A DNA stretch of 64,000 nt from Monocercomonoides exilis PA203 (taxonomy: Eukaryota; Protista; Preaxostyla), in the NCBI GenBank assembly GCA_001643675.2, contig LSRY02000013.1, positions 124,001 to 188,000 on the forward strand. The letters run 5' to 3'. The position numbers and the translations under genes are program-made. Below the pieces are notes generated by a model, which saw only the letters and a program-made list of their open reading frames with translations, did no database searches and was not told where the DNA came from. This document shows positions 23,201 through 42,840 of this stretch, one piece after another; the stretch's first letter is position 1, and every line of letters starts with the position of its first letter.

Positions 23201-25470
23201 CCTGCTGTTGCAAATTGCACAGCAAAATCGATGTTCCCACCAACAAATGGGAATTTCGCTCTCTTCAACCGCCCAAATTTCTTCATCGTCTCTTCAATCA
23301 GCTTCTCGTTCTGCATTCCGAGTGAGCCTGTCCTCGTGTTTGCTGCTCTTCTTGCAGCACTCCTTTGATGATCCAGTCGCTGGATAAACACACCGAGGAT
23401 GTCGTGGATGAGGTTGAAGCCAACCAGAACATCCGGGTCATGCTGACTGATTAGCACAGCCAGATGCGACAGAAGTGCTGTCTCGTTTGGCTCAACATAC
23501 AATTTGTAGTCTTCGAGATGCGAATCAGACACACCCACAGCCACGCCTGCTGCTTTGTATCTGGTTTGATTGCGCTCATTCTGTTCTTTGGCGCTTCTGC
23601 TGGCCACTTGTGCGATGTCGTGTGGAAGTGGTGTGTTGTCTTCACCAACAGGGCAGATGAGTGAGAAAAGAGGATACAAATGCTGCGGAGGAGGCTCTAG
23701 CAGCTCATTCGCATCCAATCCAGCAACACCCTTTCCGAGTGACACAGACGACTGGTCAGTGTGTCCATCAGGCACAACTTGGTCGTTGACGTGTGCACTC
23801 ACCACAACAACCTCCTGCTGCTTTGTGGAGCTGTTGATGGATGTCTGCACAGACAGCGTCAGTGCTCTCAACAAAGGCGGAGGAGGAATGTTCTCCTTCA
23901 GCACTTCAATGAATGCAGGATTGGGCACACGATATTGATGCGAGCAGTATGTGTTCAGCAAGTGTGTTTCCCTAATTTTTGGCCCAATGTTGGCGACTGT
24001 CAACCAACAAGGTCCCATAATCTGCTGTGCAACCAGAAAGATTTCAGTCAGCTTTCTCTCTGTTCCAAATATGTATGAATAAGTGTTTCCGCTTTTCGGC
24101 ATCTTCTCGATATCTGAGTGTGCTGGCACATTTAGTCTGAGATATCGCCCTTCCTCTGGTGCTTCATCAACACCATCGAATGGGAAGCGCCGTTGCACCC
24201 AGCGCAGCACCGACTCCTTCGCCAGGCTGCCCAATCGACTTCGAATCTCTGCCTCGACTGCTGCCTCCTCAACAGGCTCGTCCTCTCCCGTCTCCATCGA
24301 CAGTGCAGTTTGACGTGGAAGTACATACAGCTCTCTTCTGATCCCTTCAACACGAATGCTGCCTGAGACTGTTCGCTGAGTGAGCGGATCAACAACCTTC
24401 CCAAACAGAAACAGCAGCCCTTCTCTGCCTCGGACTTCTTGTGCATCCAGAAGATAGAACAGAGTCTTGTTCTCTTTTGCTCCTCTTTCGAGCACTGCAT
24501 GCGCAGAAGACGCTGAAAACGATGCAGCTTGCTGCGGTTTTGGGTTGAATATGTCTTCCTCTTCGTCTTCATCCATCATGTTTGATCCAGGCTCCATCAT
24601 CGTCTCTGCATTATCTTCAGTTGCACCACCTTGTGATGAAGTCAAAGGCATTGACGAAGACAATGAAGATTCTGATTTCACCATTGGAAGTTTTGTTTGG
24701 GTTGTGATTGTGATTCGTTTTGCAGGTGCAGCTGGTTGAATGACAGGAAGAACTTGAGCTGGCTCATCTGAATCAAAATGTTAGTCGTGCACAATTCACA
24801 ACACCACAAGCAAAAATGATCAAACCTTCAAGTGACATGGACTGTGCTAATGGATCTACTTCTTGATCCCCGGTTTTTCCTTCAATTCTGAAAGTGAAAA
24901 TGATTACGTTACAAAATTTAAAAAAAAATTCAAACCCTTGCTTCAATGTCGATGATATCTGGTCAGCAAACGCATCAAGATCCACATTGGATATTGATTT
25001 GCCTCCTTCTGAAACGGGTCCTGTTTGTTGAATATGCATTTGAAACAAGTTTGATTGTAACAAAATATTTTAAAAGAAAATATTTCCAAAGCAAACTGAG
25101 AAAATGAAGTGGAACAGCTGAAGGAGGTAATTCCTTCTTTGTTTCAGCTCTTCTACGAGGTACTATCCCATCTAAAGGATTTCCATCTTCATCAACACCC
25201 GATCCAATTCGAACAGGCCTTTCTGTATCGATCAATAAGAATTTACACTTTGCTCAATTTTAGAAAAGCAAAAATAATACCTTTCATTTCTTCTTCATAC
25301 TCTTTTCTTAAAAAGTATTTTTCTTCCGCAGATAGCTCATAATAACTAATTTCATCATCATCTTCTTCAATCTGATCCAGAGGACGAAGACGCCCTTGAA
25401 TTGTGTCCAACAATTCAGAAAGTGCTTCGTCTGTTTCTGACGTTTGCTGACGACGCCTTAGAGACGCCAT
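20203..25470 (-). CDS. POLA1: DNA polymerase alpha catalytic subunit (6 exons)
   Basis: DFNSLYPSII, KLVANSMYGCLG, YGDTDS, LLRKKKYAA, GGRAERVE, YPDPKGQPHV; C-terminal CysA/CysB (CMLC/CPHC, CDDPLC/CIDKSC); all splice phases compatible. Confidence 0.96.
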
Positions 25471-25822
25471 GGACACACAAATTTGAACTGAAAATAAATC
25501 TTAATGGTCAATGATCAAAGAAGTTTCAGAAAGAAAAATGCATCGAACATATGATTATTGAAAATTAAAATATTAATTGATTTTTTGTGAAACCAAGAAA
25601 CAATTACAATCACAATTTCGTTCTTTTCACTCAAAGTTTTTTCTTCTGTTTTTTTCATAATCCTCTCACTCTTTCAATTAAAATCAAATGAATAAAAACG
25701 AACACATTTTACGGAAGACTATTTCAATGATTTCCGAATTTTTCAATGAAAGATAAAAATAATAAATTTTTGATCTGAAAATCTTATTTAAGGTCTTTGA
25801 AACACAAGCTAAATTTCCAGAA

Positions 25823-26532
25823 ATGAGCAAGAAAGCACCCAAGCAGGAAGTTCAAGTATTTGGACGCAAGGTGTGCATTATAATTTTTATTTTTTGTGCA
25901 TATTGCAAAAATTTCATATTGTTTTTTGTATTGTTCATGAAATGTTTCTTTGGTGAACTTTTTCCTCTATTTATTTAATTGCTCAAAACTTTGCTGCATT
26001 TATATTTAACATTTCAATAATAAACAAATAACTGAAACTTATTCGTGGTTGACGTTCTTCTTATAGAAAACCGCTGTTGCTGTTGCCCGCATCACAAAAG
26101 GCAGAGGATTTGTGAAGCTCAACGGATGTCCAATTGAGTTGGTTGAACCACAAATTCTTCGCTACAAAGTTTTCGAACCATTGCTCCTTGTTGGTCGCAA
26201 GAAGTTCTGCAGGATCAACATCCGCTTGCGCTGCAATGGAGGAGGATATGTTTCACAAGTTTATGCCATTCGTCAGGCAATTGCAAAGGGACTTGTTGCA
26301 TACTATCAAAAGTGTATGTTCTTTAATTAACTATTTTTGAATTTTAATTTTAAAATATTTTTTTGAATTAACAAACAAAAATTTAGATGTCGATGAAGTT
26401 AACAAAAAACAAATCAAGGATACTTTCTTGAAATACGATCGTTCACTTCTTGTTGCTGATTCACGTCGCTGCGAAGCTAAACAATACGGTGGAAAAGGTG
26501 CACGTTCAAAGAGAGCAAAGTCTTATCGTTAA
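25823..26532 (+). CDS. RPS16: 40S ribosomal protein S16 (uS9), 3 exons
   Basis: VQVFGRK|[31 protein letters not shown]|VDE, C-terminal KSYR*. Confidence 0.97.
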
Positions 26533-26639
26533 TCGAATTATTTGTTTGGTGCTTTGGAATATGTTGTACAAACAACTTTATTTTCAAAGCGTCACAAAGA
26601 ATTGGAAAGTGTCAATGCGATATTGCTTACTTTCTTGCT

Positions 26640-27900
26640 TGGTTCATTTCAGCTTTTTAACACAATAAATGATCAAATAATTGATTTTTAAAAATAATTG
26701 TGAAATATTTGAAGATGCATTTGAAATTGAATTTTTTAAAACGTAGAAATCCAAACAGATCAATTGCACAATCAGTACTTCTGATTGATCGTGAAGCAAT
26801 TTCAATTCAGCCACCATTTCAAAATTCGCATTTTTCTGTTTCTTCAAATGAAAACACTGATCAAAATAGTTCACTCAATTCCATTTTAAAAGCATATGCA
26901 GAAACAATCTCATCTGCAAATGCTCGGAATACAAATTCCTCGAACAAAAATGATTCACTTCACAATCTTCAAAGGTCAGAATTCTTTTCGAAGCAATAGT
27001 GAGAAAGATAGATTCGAAGAAGGCACAGAAATTGAGATTTCATCTTCATCTGCATCAAATCTGAGAAACCATTGCACGTTTCCTGCTGTATTGCTGTTAA
27101 CAGATGAATTACAATCTAATTCTCCACCTTTTCTGGATGGAGAGAAAAGATATATTCTATTATTCCACAACACATATTCTGAAAGGTTAGCCTGATTGAA
27201 ATGCAATTACAAAAACTCCTCCTCATTCAATTTGATTATACAACCACTCTGTTTCAAGCTGCTGAGACATTAACGCAAATAGATTCATTCTAGGCTCATG
27301 ATAATTCCATGAGAACAATTTTCTTTTGATTGAAAGTCCGAAGAACACTATTGCAAACGTTTGTTCGAAATTGTTCTCAATAGATTCGATTCAGTATTAG
27401 AACCTTACAAAAAACTAAAATGCGATTAATATTCATTCAATCACATCTGGGAATCATTATTCTTTACTTTATTGTTGTTCTATGCTTTTTCGTGAGATTT
27501 TTTGAATTCCTGTTGAAACAATAAAATGCAAGTCGAATGTTGTTTCATTTCTTCAATTCAGTTATAAAAAGAATACCATCAAAATGAAATTGGCTAAGAT
27601 TTTGGATTGATAAATATATCTTAGAGTTGTCAAAAGAAAGTGATGATACGATGGCAGAAAGCCGATGTTCTGCAAAACTTCTAAAGAAGAAAATCATCAC
27701 AGATAACAACATTTGAAAGAAAGAAATAACAAATTATCATCAATCATTGTTTGTATTAATATTTTGTTCTTGAGCTCCATCATTTTCTTACAAATACACT
27801 CATCAAGTCAATGATCAATTATTTATCACATTTCTTATTTCATCAAAATCCGACAAATTGTGATGTGGCTCAACTCTCTTTTCTCCATTTAAAGGCTTCA
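26640..27900 (-). pseudogene. Degenerate coding remnant of unknown family
   Basis: Coding-like composition but multiple stops in all frames; only short ORFs (26976-27206, 26644-26874). Confidence 0.25.
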
Positions 27901-28114
27901 AAAAAGAGAATAACATTAATAAATTATGAATGAGAAATAGAAATATAAAAAATGTAAACATCGATTATCTCCCCTTTTTGAAATATAAAAGTTCGATTTA
28001 TTAGTAACATTTTATATTCATCATTTTTAAAGCTTAACTTCACGAATTTTCAATTTTTAGAAAAGACCAACTTGATCCAAGCCATTATAATAATATTGAA
28101 TTATTTGGGCGAAA

Positions 28115-31100
28115 ATGGAAGTAATTCCATTACGTTCAACTGATTCTATGACTATTACAAGGCCTAAACGAAGAAGAGCCAAACTTTATTTCTTGGATTG
28201 GTCAAAAATTTGGAAAGAAATTGGCATTGGATATGTTTCGATTTGCGATAATGTTTGCTTGTTTTTTGAGTTATTTAGAAAAAATTCTATTTGGCCTTTA
28301 AAATATATAACCCCATATATTTTTTTAATCTGCGAAAATATTTTATTATCAATGAAAATTTTTATAACACGAAATATTTATCATATGAAAATTTCTTCGT
28401 TTTATTTGTTTCTTGCATTAATTTCGTTTTTCTCATCACAGGAGATGATTGTGGAATTTGACGAAGAGAGCAAAACTCCAACATTCAGAGTGGAACTAGT
28501 TAATATTCGTGGATATTATAGAAAAGAAGGGGGTTTAGATATTGGATTGAATATCTTTAACATGTTGTTTTAAATTATATATTTTAACAGAATGCCTAAT
28601 TGTGTGGGAGGAGCCAACTACTTTATGCGAAGCTTCTTTAAGTTTCTTGACCACAGATGGATGCCAAGAAGTAATGCATCTTATTAACGATTCAATTGAG
28701 AAAAATGCAGAAGATGTAATTCCGGAGGTTACTCTCGAGAATCTTCAAGAAATAGAAAGCATATTTGTAAACAGTGAAACAGATTTTCAGAGGATTCCCT
28801 TCGAAGATATTCTTCAATTGAACGTTTTAGAAAAGCTGATTTCTTTACGTTCTCAACTAGATCCAAGAAATCCTGCTCATATACCTGCATTATCTTCAAT
28901 GTTTCAAATTGTTAAAACAATTTTTCTTACCGATGATTTGACATTTTTGGAGAAATTATTTGAGGAAAACATGTTTTTGGGTCTAGTCAAATGCATGGAG
29001 TTTGATCCAAGCATCCAGAAATATATACCACACTCTGATTTTTTCACAAACATCGCAAAAAGACGTGTGCCAGTTGTCGTGGACGATGCAGAAATGCTGC
29101 GGCTGCTTGACGAAAATTTCCGGATTGGATATGTGAAGGATGTTGTACTGCCTCGCATGTTGACTGTGCCAGCGTTTGGGCGTCTGGTGCAGCTTCAGAG
29201 CAGAAACGGGCAGCAAGTGTTTAGCCGATGCCTTGTCCAGCCTTCGATATTGGCACAGCTTATTGGCGGAATATCTGCAGAGGTGAGCCAATCTGAAAGA
29301 GAAGAATCGAACAAGCTGACGGAGCTGGACAGAAGTGTGGCGACGCTGCTGAGTCTCGGAGAACACAGAGCAGACACCACTGCCACAGACAAAAGTGCGA
29401 ATGAAATGGGTTCAACCAGCGTCAGCAACATCAACAGTGGCTGTGGAAGTGTAAGTGGCAGTGATTGCTCTTATCAGTTGCTGCCTTATTATTGCACATC
29501 GAACAAACTGCCATCTGCTCTGCATTCATTCGTCATGTCTGAAACATCAGCTGCTGTCCAATCAGAAGGAGTCAAAAACACACCCGGCTCATCTCGTTCG
29601 CCTCTTCTGCTTCGATACTTTTGCCTCCGATCCATTCAAGAGCTCTGCAGCTTGGCATCCTCTTCGACTCTGGCTGAGAAGATGCAGTTTTACGACCTGC
29701 TCATCAAAGCGAGGCTGAGTGAAGGTGTCAGCAAATGTCTGGGCCATCCGCACCCAGCCATCCAACTGACCATCGCGGAGATCATGGGACAGGCTCTGAA
29801 CACAGTCCCTCAGCAGATCCGGACGCTGTTCACGCGAAAGACCTCAGGAAAGAAGCTGTTTGACTCGCTGCTCAGCTCCATCAACCCGAGTGCTGACGAA
29901 GGGCTGCTTTCTCTCCTCTTCGAATTTCTCCGGTCGCTTCTGGACGCAGACACACCGCTGAGGCTCATCGGGCGCTTCTTTGCATCCTTCGCGGAGAAAC
30001 TTTTTGACCCACTTTTTTCGCTGCCGAATAAGTCCGACAATCGTGTGGCGTTACTGCTGCCGGGTCTGTCTGCTTCGAAGAAGAATTGTTCGGAGAATCA
30101 AAACAGTTCAAACTCGAATATAAATTCGAATTTAAACTCAAAAAGAAATACATCCAATTTTGGGGCATTTGAGCAGCAGAAAAGAGAAAACAGTGACAGC
30201 AACACACAAAATGGCATGGCAGCATTTCTGACAAAGTTGATGACTCGCAATTCATCTGCTTCTTCTTCTTCTCCTTCATCTTCCTCTTCTTTGCCTGACT
30301 GTGCTGCTACTTCTCATCCTGCCTCTTGTTCAACTGCATTTGTAGAGAGAGTGGTCTGCCAAACACACAACATCACTCAAAACACTCAAAATACACCCAC
30401 TTCACCTGAAATTGATTCATTTTCTGCCTCTTCTTCCTCATCTGCCTCCACATCGCCTCTTCTTCTGCAGAATCTCCTCGAATTCGCCACGTTCCTCCTC
30501 AAAACCCACACCGCCCTTGCAGTCAACTTCTTCACCGCTGACGATGCTCCCCTGAGGGCCATGCATCTCTTCCACCACAAAGACAAGTCTGTCGCCATTT
30601 CTGCAGTCAGACTCGTCCGCTGCCTGCTCTGCGTGTCTGACGCTGCCACCGAGCGGAGGATGCTCAAGGGAGGCCTTTCGAGGCACCTCTTCAGCACACT
30701 GGTGGAGCAGAGGGGGAGAGACAACCTGCTCTCGTCGGCTGTGCTGGAGTGTCTGTCGCTGCTGACTGAGGCGACACAGAAGAAGCACATCAGAAGACAC
30801 ATCGTGAGGCATTACGTGCAGAACAGAGGGAACGTCAGCAGGGAAGACGTGGAGATGATGAACGAGGTCAAAAAAGTGGACTTTGTGGCGGCTGAGCTGA
30901 AGCGGATGAAGATTGCCGCGCGGCTGGACAGACACCAGGAGGCAGTGACGATGGAGGCGCTGAGAAAGATCAAAGGCGTGTCTGAGTACATTTTGGGGAC
31001 AGACTCGTGCTTCTTCTCCGACCCAGTGGTGATTGTGCGGTCGCCTGAGTACATTCGTGTGGAGCCGATGAACGTGGCGGGGTCAGAGATTGACTCGAGC

Positions 31101-34100
31101 ATTTATGAGTTCTACAACCAGAAGACAGAAAGGCTCTCCTTCCCGTTTCGGATGGGCACGGCGCCTCAGACAGAAGGCGATGGCAGCTGTTCTGCTTCTG
31201 CTCCGTTTGGGGCATCTTTTATGTGCTCCAGTGGGATGGGAGGAGGGGATGAGGAAGAGGGAGATGAAGATGATGGTGATGATGGTGATGGAGATGAGGA
31301 AGAAGATGAGGAAGATGAGGAGGAAGAGGAAGAAGAAGACGATGATGACGACGATGATGATGATGGAGAAGAAGAAGTCAATGGCAATGATGATGGCAGT
31401 AGTGATGTGAGTGCAGGTAATGAGGACGATAAAGAAGAAGAAGACAGCGAGAATGGGAACATGTCTGATGATGAGCACGATTTTGGTGCTGAGCTTCGGA
31501 AAAAGCAGAAAAAGCTGTTGAAAGCCGAAATGAAAGGGCTGCTAAACAAAAAGACGAGATGCAGAACAACAATTGCGTCGAGGAAGCTGAAGGCGAATTA
31601 TGGGCAGTTGGAATATCTGAACGCAGGTGAGAGGAAAGAAGGAGAAGATGGGAACGAAGAAGAAGGAGGAGGAAGAGGAGGAAGAGAAAGATGTGACGGT
31701 TTGTCATTTGTGCTGAAGCCGAACAGAAATGAAAGAGAGAACGGAGGTGTGGATGGAGGTGAGGGTGGGAGTGAGGGTGTGATGGAGGAAGACGAAGGAG
31801 AAAAGGAATACAGCAACGAATATCGCATCACGAGCGAGCGGCTGGCGGAGATCAGCAAAAAGATTGAAAAAGGTGTTGGCCGCAAGGAAATTGTGAAGAT
31901 TTGCAAAAGACTCGGTGGAGGTGGCTTTTCTCTTTCGAACACGGCTTTTCGTTCGGATGGAAGACAAGGGCAAAGAAGGATGGTTCCTGACAGCTTTTTT
32001 GATGAGGACGATGAGAAAGAAGATGAAAGCGATGAAGATGATGAAGATGATGAGGAGGATGAAGATGAAGATGAAGATGAAGAGGAGGATGAAGAAGAAG
32101 AGGAGGAAGTGGGAAGGAAAGGGAAAAATGAAAATAGAGGAGAAAGAGAAAGAGAAGAGGAAAATAGTGAAGATGAGGATGAAGACGAAGAAGATGATGA
32201 GGTAGAAGATGATGGTATGGAAGATGCAAGTGATGAAAGAGAAGAAGAGGAAGATGAAAAGAATAAACATTCTGCCAACATTTGTGCACAGAAAAGGCGA
32301 ATGAAGCTGAAGAAGATTCGATCAAAGAAAGAGAAAAAAGAAAAGAAAGAAAAGCCATTTCGAATGACTGTTCAGTTGCCTAATGAAAATTGTTCGAATG
32401 AAAATTCTGAAGAGAAAAGAATAATTGTGCTGAATTATTCAGCAGCATCTGAAGCATCGAATAAACAATTGAGTGATTGGAGAATCCAAAAAATGGAAGA
32501 AAAACCAGAAGATTTGCCTGAGAAGATGACAGCTGATGAACTGAGTGGCTATTTGACTGCCAACAACACCCAGTTCATCTCATCAGGCGATGTTGGATAT
32601 GCGATGAATGAGTATTCGAATGGAAGTTGTGTGCAATTGGATGGAATGGAAAATGAGACAAAGCAGATTGGGATGGAAGCAGAACAGCAGCCACAGCTGA
32701 ATTTGGTGAGTGAATGTGCATCAGATGACAGCAACACAGAAAAGGCTGGCATTTCAATTGAAGAAGGCAAATCAGAGCTGATAGAGGAAAAAACAATAGA
32801 AATACCACATTCATTTGAAAAGAGCAGCAGAATAGAAAATGGTGCGATGGAACAAGATTGGAACAAGCATCAATTTCTGCCTGCATCTTCAGAAGTGTCA
32901 GAAGCACCGCTGCAAATGGGGTGTGGTGAATGTGCAGTTAGTCAGATGCCTTTGGCTGAGCACTCTCTGAAAGAGAACAGCCATCTTCTTTTGCCGAGTG
33001 ATGTTTTGCAGGCAGAAAGGAGTGTGCCAACAGGAACGCCAATCATCACACAGATGCACAATGCAGATGTGTCAATGCCAGCTGAGATGGCATTGATGAA
33101 TGAAGAGAGTGTGAAAGTGGGTGGAGCATCTTCAGAAGAAGAAGAAGGAGAAGGAGAAGAAGGAAAACGACAACAACAACAAATAAAGGCAGAAGGAGTC
33201 AATGAGATGTTGCATGATCCTTTCCATCAGATGACTTATGCTTCGGAATCATCCCAATCTTCTTTGGAATTTCTATCTTCCACTCCAAATGCTGCCATGT
33301 CATCGGACTCGGCTGCATTTCAAACAGAAGCTGAAAAGCAGAGTTTGGATGCATCAGCACACAGTCAGATGAACATGGAGAGTGAAGCGAATGAAAAGAG
33401 GAAGCATGGCAGAGAGAAAGGAAATCATCGGAAAGGAAGGCATTTGAATGCAGAAGCAGGAAATAGACAAGAATCACCCGAATGCAGTGACAAAACAGAC
33501 AATAAGGAAGATGACAGAGAAATAGACACTTTGATTGATCAATATGAACAAGGTGAATTGAAAGCGACAAAACACAGACGAATTCATCAGCCCAGTCATC
33601 AAAGAATGAAGAGACACAAAGCAGATAAGGAAGATAAAGAAGAGGAAGAGGAGGAAGAAGATGAGAAAGAAGAAGAAGATGCCAACAGTTCTGTTCAGAA
33701 AGGAGATATTGATGGCCATTCTGAATTTGATTGTTTTGACAATCGCCAGTTTGCTTTCAAAGCAGCAAAGTTTGATTTGCATCTGCCAAAATGCTCAGCC
33801 CAAACGAGAACAAAAGAAGAACCTTCAGCTTCCTTGGGAAATGCTGTGTTTTCTGTGAATACTTCACTTCATGAATCGCCTCTTGTTCCAATTTGTCCTC
33901 TTTCTTCTTCTTCTTCTTCTTCTTCTTCTTCTTCTTCTTCTTCTTCAAAAGCATCTTCAGATGATGCAGGCAAATATTCAGCGCCCAAGCTCGAAAACGC
34001 ATCCACTTCATCTTTTTCTTCTTTGCCAGCCAGTTCTTATTTGGACACACCCAGTTGGATGAGCAGCCACGTGGACCTCTTTTCAATGAAGCAGAGCAAA

Positions 34101-34895
34101 TTATTTACTCCTCCTTCTTCTCCCCCTCTGCATCCGCCAGGAACATCCTGCGTGTTTCTTCATTCCCAACATTTATCATCAGTTTCTCAGTCTTCCTCTT
34201 CCCCTTCCTCTCCCCATGCTTCCCCTTCTTCCCCTTCTTCTTCTTCTTCTTCAATGCCATTTCCCTCTTCCCCATCCTCTCCGAAGTCTCTTTCTCCCCG
34301 TGCCCACACCTGCCTCATCTCTCCCCCAACTTCTCCAAGCAAAACATTCTCCCATCTTCAGCTGCCTGCCCACGTCAGCACTGGCGCTGAGTCATCCACT
34401 CTGCCAATCTCCATCGTCGATGTGGGCGATGTTGGACTTCAGCGCCAGTGGACTCCTCCTCTCTCTCCTCGAGACACCACTGCCTCACCCACTTCTTCAT
34501 CTTCTTCCTCTCCTTCTGCCTCACCTTCTGCTTTTTCCTCTCCTTCTCTTGGCTTATCGCTGCGCGTTTCACCAGCCGCGCTTTCTGCTTCCTCTCTGAA
34601 CAAACACTCTCCATCGTCTCCATCGTCTCCTTCATCCTCCTCTTCTCCCCTTGCCCCTCTGCCACATGCTCATTCGGGACAGACATTTTCACTGAGTCTT
34701 CATTCGTCGGCTGCTCTTTCACCACATTCTGCCTTTCCAGTGGCAGATTCGCTGCACCCAGCTGTTGGATGCCCTTCGAAGTCCATGCCAAACATCAAAG
34801 CATTCACTTTGCCCACAATACAGCCACTCGTTCCGATGGGCTCACCGTCTTCAAACATTGCTCACCATCGCACTGTCAGCCCAACTCCAACTTAA
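28115..34895 (+). CDS. PPP4R3: PP4 regulatory subunit 3 (SMEK/Psy2) with a very long low-complexity C-terminus (3 exons)
   Basis: EVH1 N-terminus (RRRAKLY..W.EIGIGYV, LIVWEE..LSFLTTDGC); SMK-1 region (MEFDP, FRIGYVKDVVLPR, RDNLLSSAVLE); introns 28253-28441 and 28533-28590. Confidence 0.9.
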
Positions 34896-35676
34896 CACTT
34901 TCTTTTGCAGCTTCGCAATCCACGAAGAATTGATGACAAAGTGTTTCTAGTTGTTGTTTATTCATTTGATAAATGATTTTCATTTCATCGTTTCTTTTCA
35001 ATTCTATTTTATTTTATTATTTTTTTTTTATTTTAAATGATATTCGTCATATACCTTTCGTTATTTATAATTTTAAATGGAAACAAAATTTGTGTTTAAG
35101 CTTTTTGGTTTATTTGTTTTTCATTAAAATTCCTTTATTTATTTTTTTTTTTTAAATAACAGCATGAATTGTTTTGAAATGATAAGTTTTCTGTTAAAAA
35201 TTCCAGTATGAAAAGTCGTTTCAAGAAAAAAAAAAGTTATATCCATGAACAAAAAATCAGCTGAATAATAATATGTTTTTCTCTATTCTTGAAAAAGAAA
35301 TGACTGTTTTTAATTTGTAGTTGTTTTTGATTTTGTACAATTTAAAAAATAAATAAAATTAAATAAAATCTAACAAAACCATTTCATTTAATTCATTTCC
35401 TGCGATTATTATTCACAAAAAATCTCAAATTTTTCTTTTAATAAATATAATACCAAACAAAAATATAAAATAAAAAGTGCAACAAAAAAGACAAAATTTA
35501 GAAAATCAAAGAACAAAACATTTTTTAAAAAAATTGTAAAGCAAACACAGAAATAATAAACAAGCTGAAACCTTCTTTATGAACACCTGAGAAATAAAAA
35601 TGTTTAACAAACAAATAAATAAAAAGCATAATCTTTACGGTTACGATTCAAACATTGGATAATATCATAAGGATGA

Positions 35677-36270
35677 TTATTCGGATTCATCAAATGGTTC
35701 CTTAGCTGCAAGCTCTTTCATTTTGAAATCATAAGACTTATGATGGATCAAAGCCAGACGTACAAGTTCCGAGAATGCTTCATCAACTTTATCTCCTGTT
35801 TCTGCTGATGTCTCAAAATATGAACGAATTCCCTCTTTCTGGCACCAATTCTCCACTTCAAATCGATTAATATCTCTTAATTCATGCTGATCATTTTTAT
35901 TACCAATAAGGATAAACGGGTAATCATTTAAATCATCTGCAATAACGTTTTCGACTTTTTCTTTTTTATTCTTCAAGCAATCAAAAGAATCATGTGATGT
36001 CAAGTTGAATACAAAGGCGCAAGCATCCGATCCTCGAAAATATGATAAATTCTCCATTTCATATATTGCAGGAAGCCGTTCTTCCCATATAAGCACTCGA
36101 ATTTCTTTTCCTTCAACTATAACATTTTTCGCTTTAAAATCAATTCCTATTCTCGATTTATAATCGTGTGAATATCCGTCTACATATCTTTGCGTCAAAG
36201 AAGTTTTTCCTGTTCCAAATTCACCAATTAGATTCACTTTCACCCTTGATTCCTCTTCTGCTTCATTCAT
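35677..36270 (-). CDS. Divergent Rab7-like small GTPase, intronless
   Basis: GEFGTGKTS, IGIDF, YFRGSDAC, YPFILIGNKND, YFETSA; G2/G3 aberrant; no C-terminal Cys. Confidence 0.8.
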   Translation of the reverse strand: MNEAEEESRVKVNLIGEFGTGKTSLTQRYVDGYSHDYKSRIGIDFKAKNVIVEGKEIRVLIWEERLPAIYEMENLSYFRGSDACAFVFNLTSHDSFDCLKNKKEKVENVIADDLNDYPFILIGNKNDQHELRDINRFEVENWCQKEGIRSYFETSAETGDKVDEAFSELVRLALIHHKSYDFKMKELAAKEPFDESE

Positions 36271-36680
36271 CAAAGGCTTATGTTTTTTTATAATGTTTCG
36301 ATCAAATGATTATGCTTTATCGAATTTCAAGATAACTTATTAAAAAAATTTTGTTATTAATTTTGATATTGCTAAGATGCAAAAGATATAAAAATACTAG
36401 TAATATTTCTTTTTCTTTTTATTTACTGTTGAAATACTCAAAAAAAAAAAAGCAATTATCGAATTTGAGAAATATCTTTAAATAGGGTGATTTGACATTT
36501 TGTGCGAATGCTTGGTTGTGAAGAAAAATGTAATGAAATTCGGAACAGATGAACTAAAGGAAAGAGATTACGATATGGCTTGAAAATAACATCCAAACTT
36601 TTCTTCAAGAGAGAAAGAAAGACAGAAAGAAAGAGAATTCAAAATGAAATGATTGCAGCAAAAGATAAAAACAGCGTTGA

Positions 36681-38607
<1,927 letters not shown>

Positions 38608-38699
38608 TTTTCTTCAGCTAATAACGGTATGAAGGATCAAAGTGATCTCAATTATTTTTCAATTCTGTTTTCCAGCAGTACGGAGATAGCTGCATTCTG
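38608..38699. promoter_or_regulatory. 92-bp divergent intergenic region (RUVBL2 / poly(A) polymerase)
   Basis: Head-to-head start codons at 38607 and 38700. Confidence 0.55.
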
Positions 38700-42614
<3,915 letters not shown>

Positions 42615-42840
42615 AAATAAAATCACTTCACAACCAATTCACTTCAAATTATTTGTTTATTTATTTTTTAAAACCAATTCATTTTTTTTTTCGTTTTGCT
42701 ATTGGAATTTGCACTTTTTTTATGTTATTGTTTGAAATAAAAAGAAGAGAAACAAAAACTAAAAAAAGTATTTTTTGAGTGTGAATGACTTTATGAATTA
42801 AGGGGATCAGAGAAAATAAAGATCTCAAAATTGTATCGCC

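Noticed and set aside
31083-34950. Many antisense and alternate-frame ORFs rich in S, L, F, K or R (also over POLA1, PES1 and separase)
   Set aside because: Shadows of (TCT)n/(GAA)n tracts and GC-rich coding sequence; no independent motifs.
35587-35638. Intron-like segment after the Rab stop that might add a prenylated C-terminus
   Set aside because: It lies downstream of the in-frame TAA and no splice combination yields a convincing CC/CxC/CaaX end.
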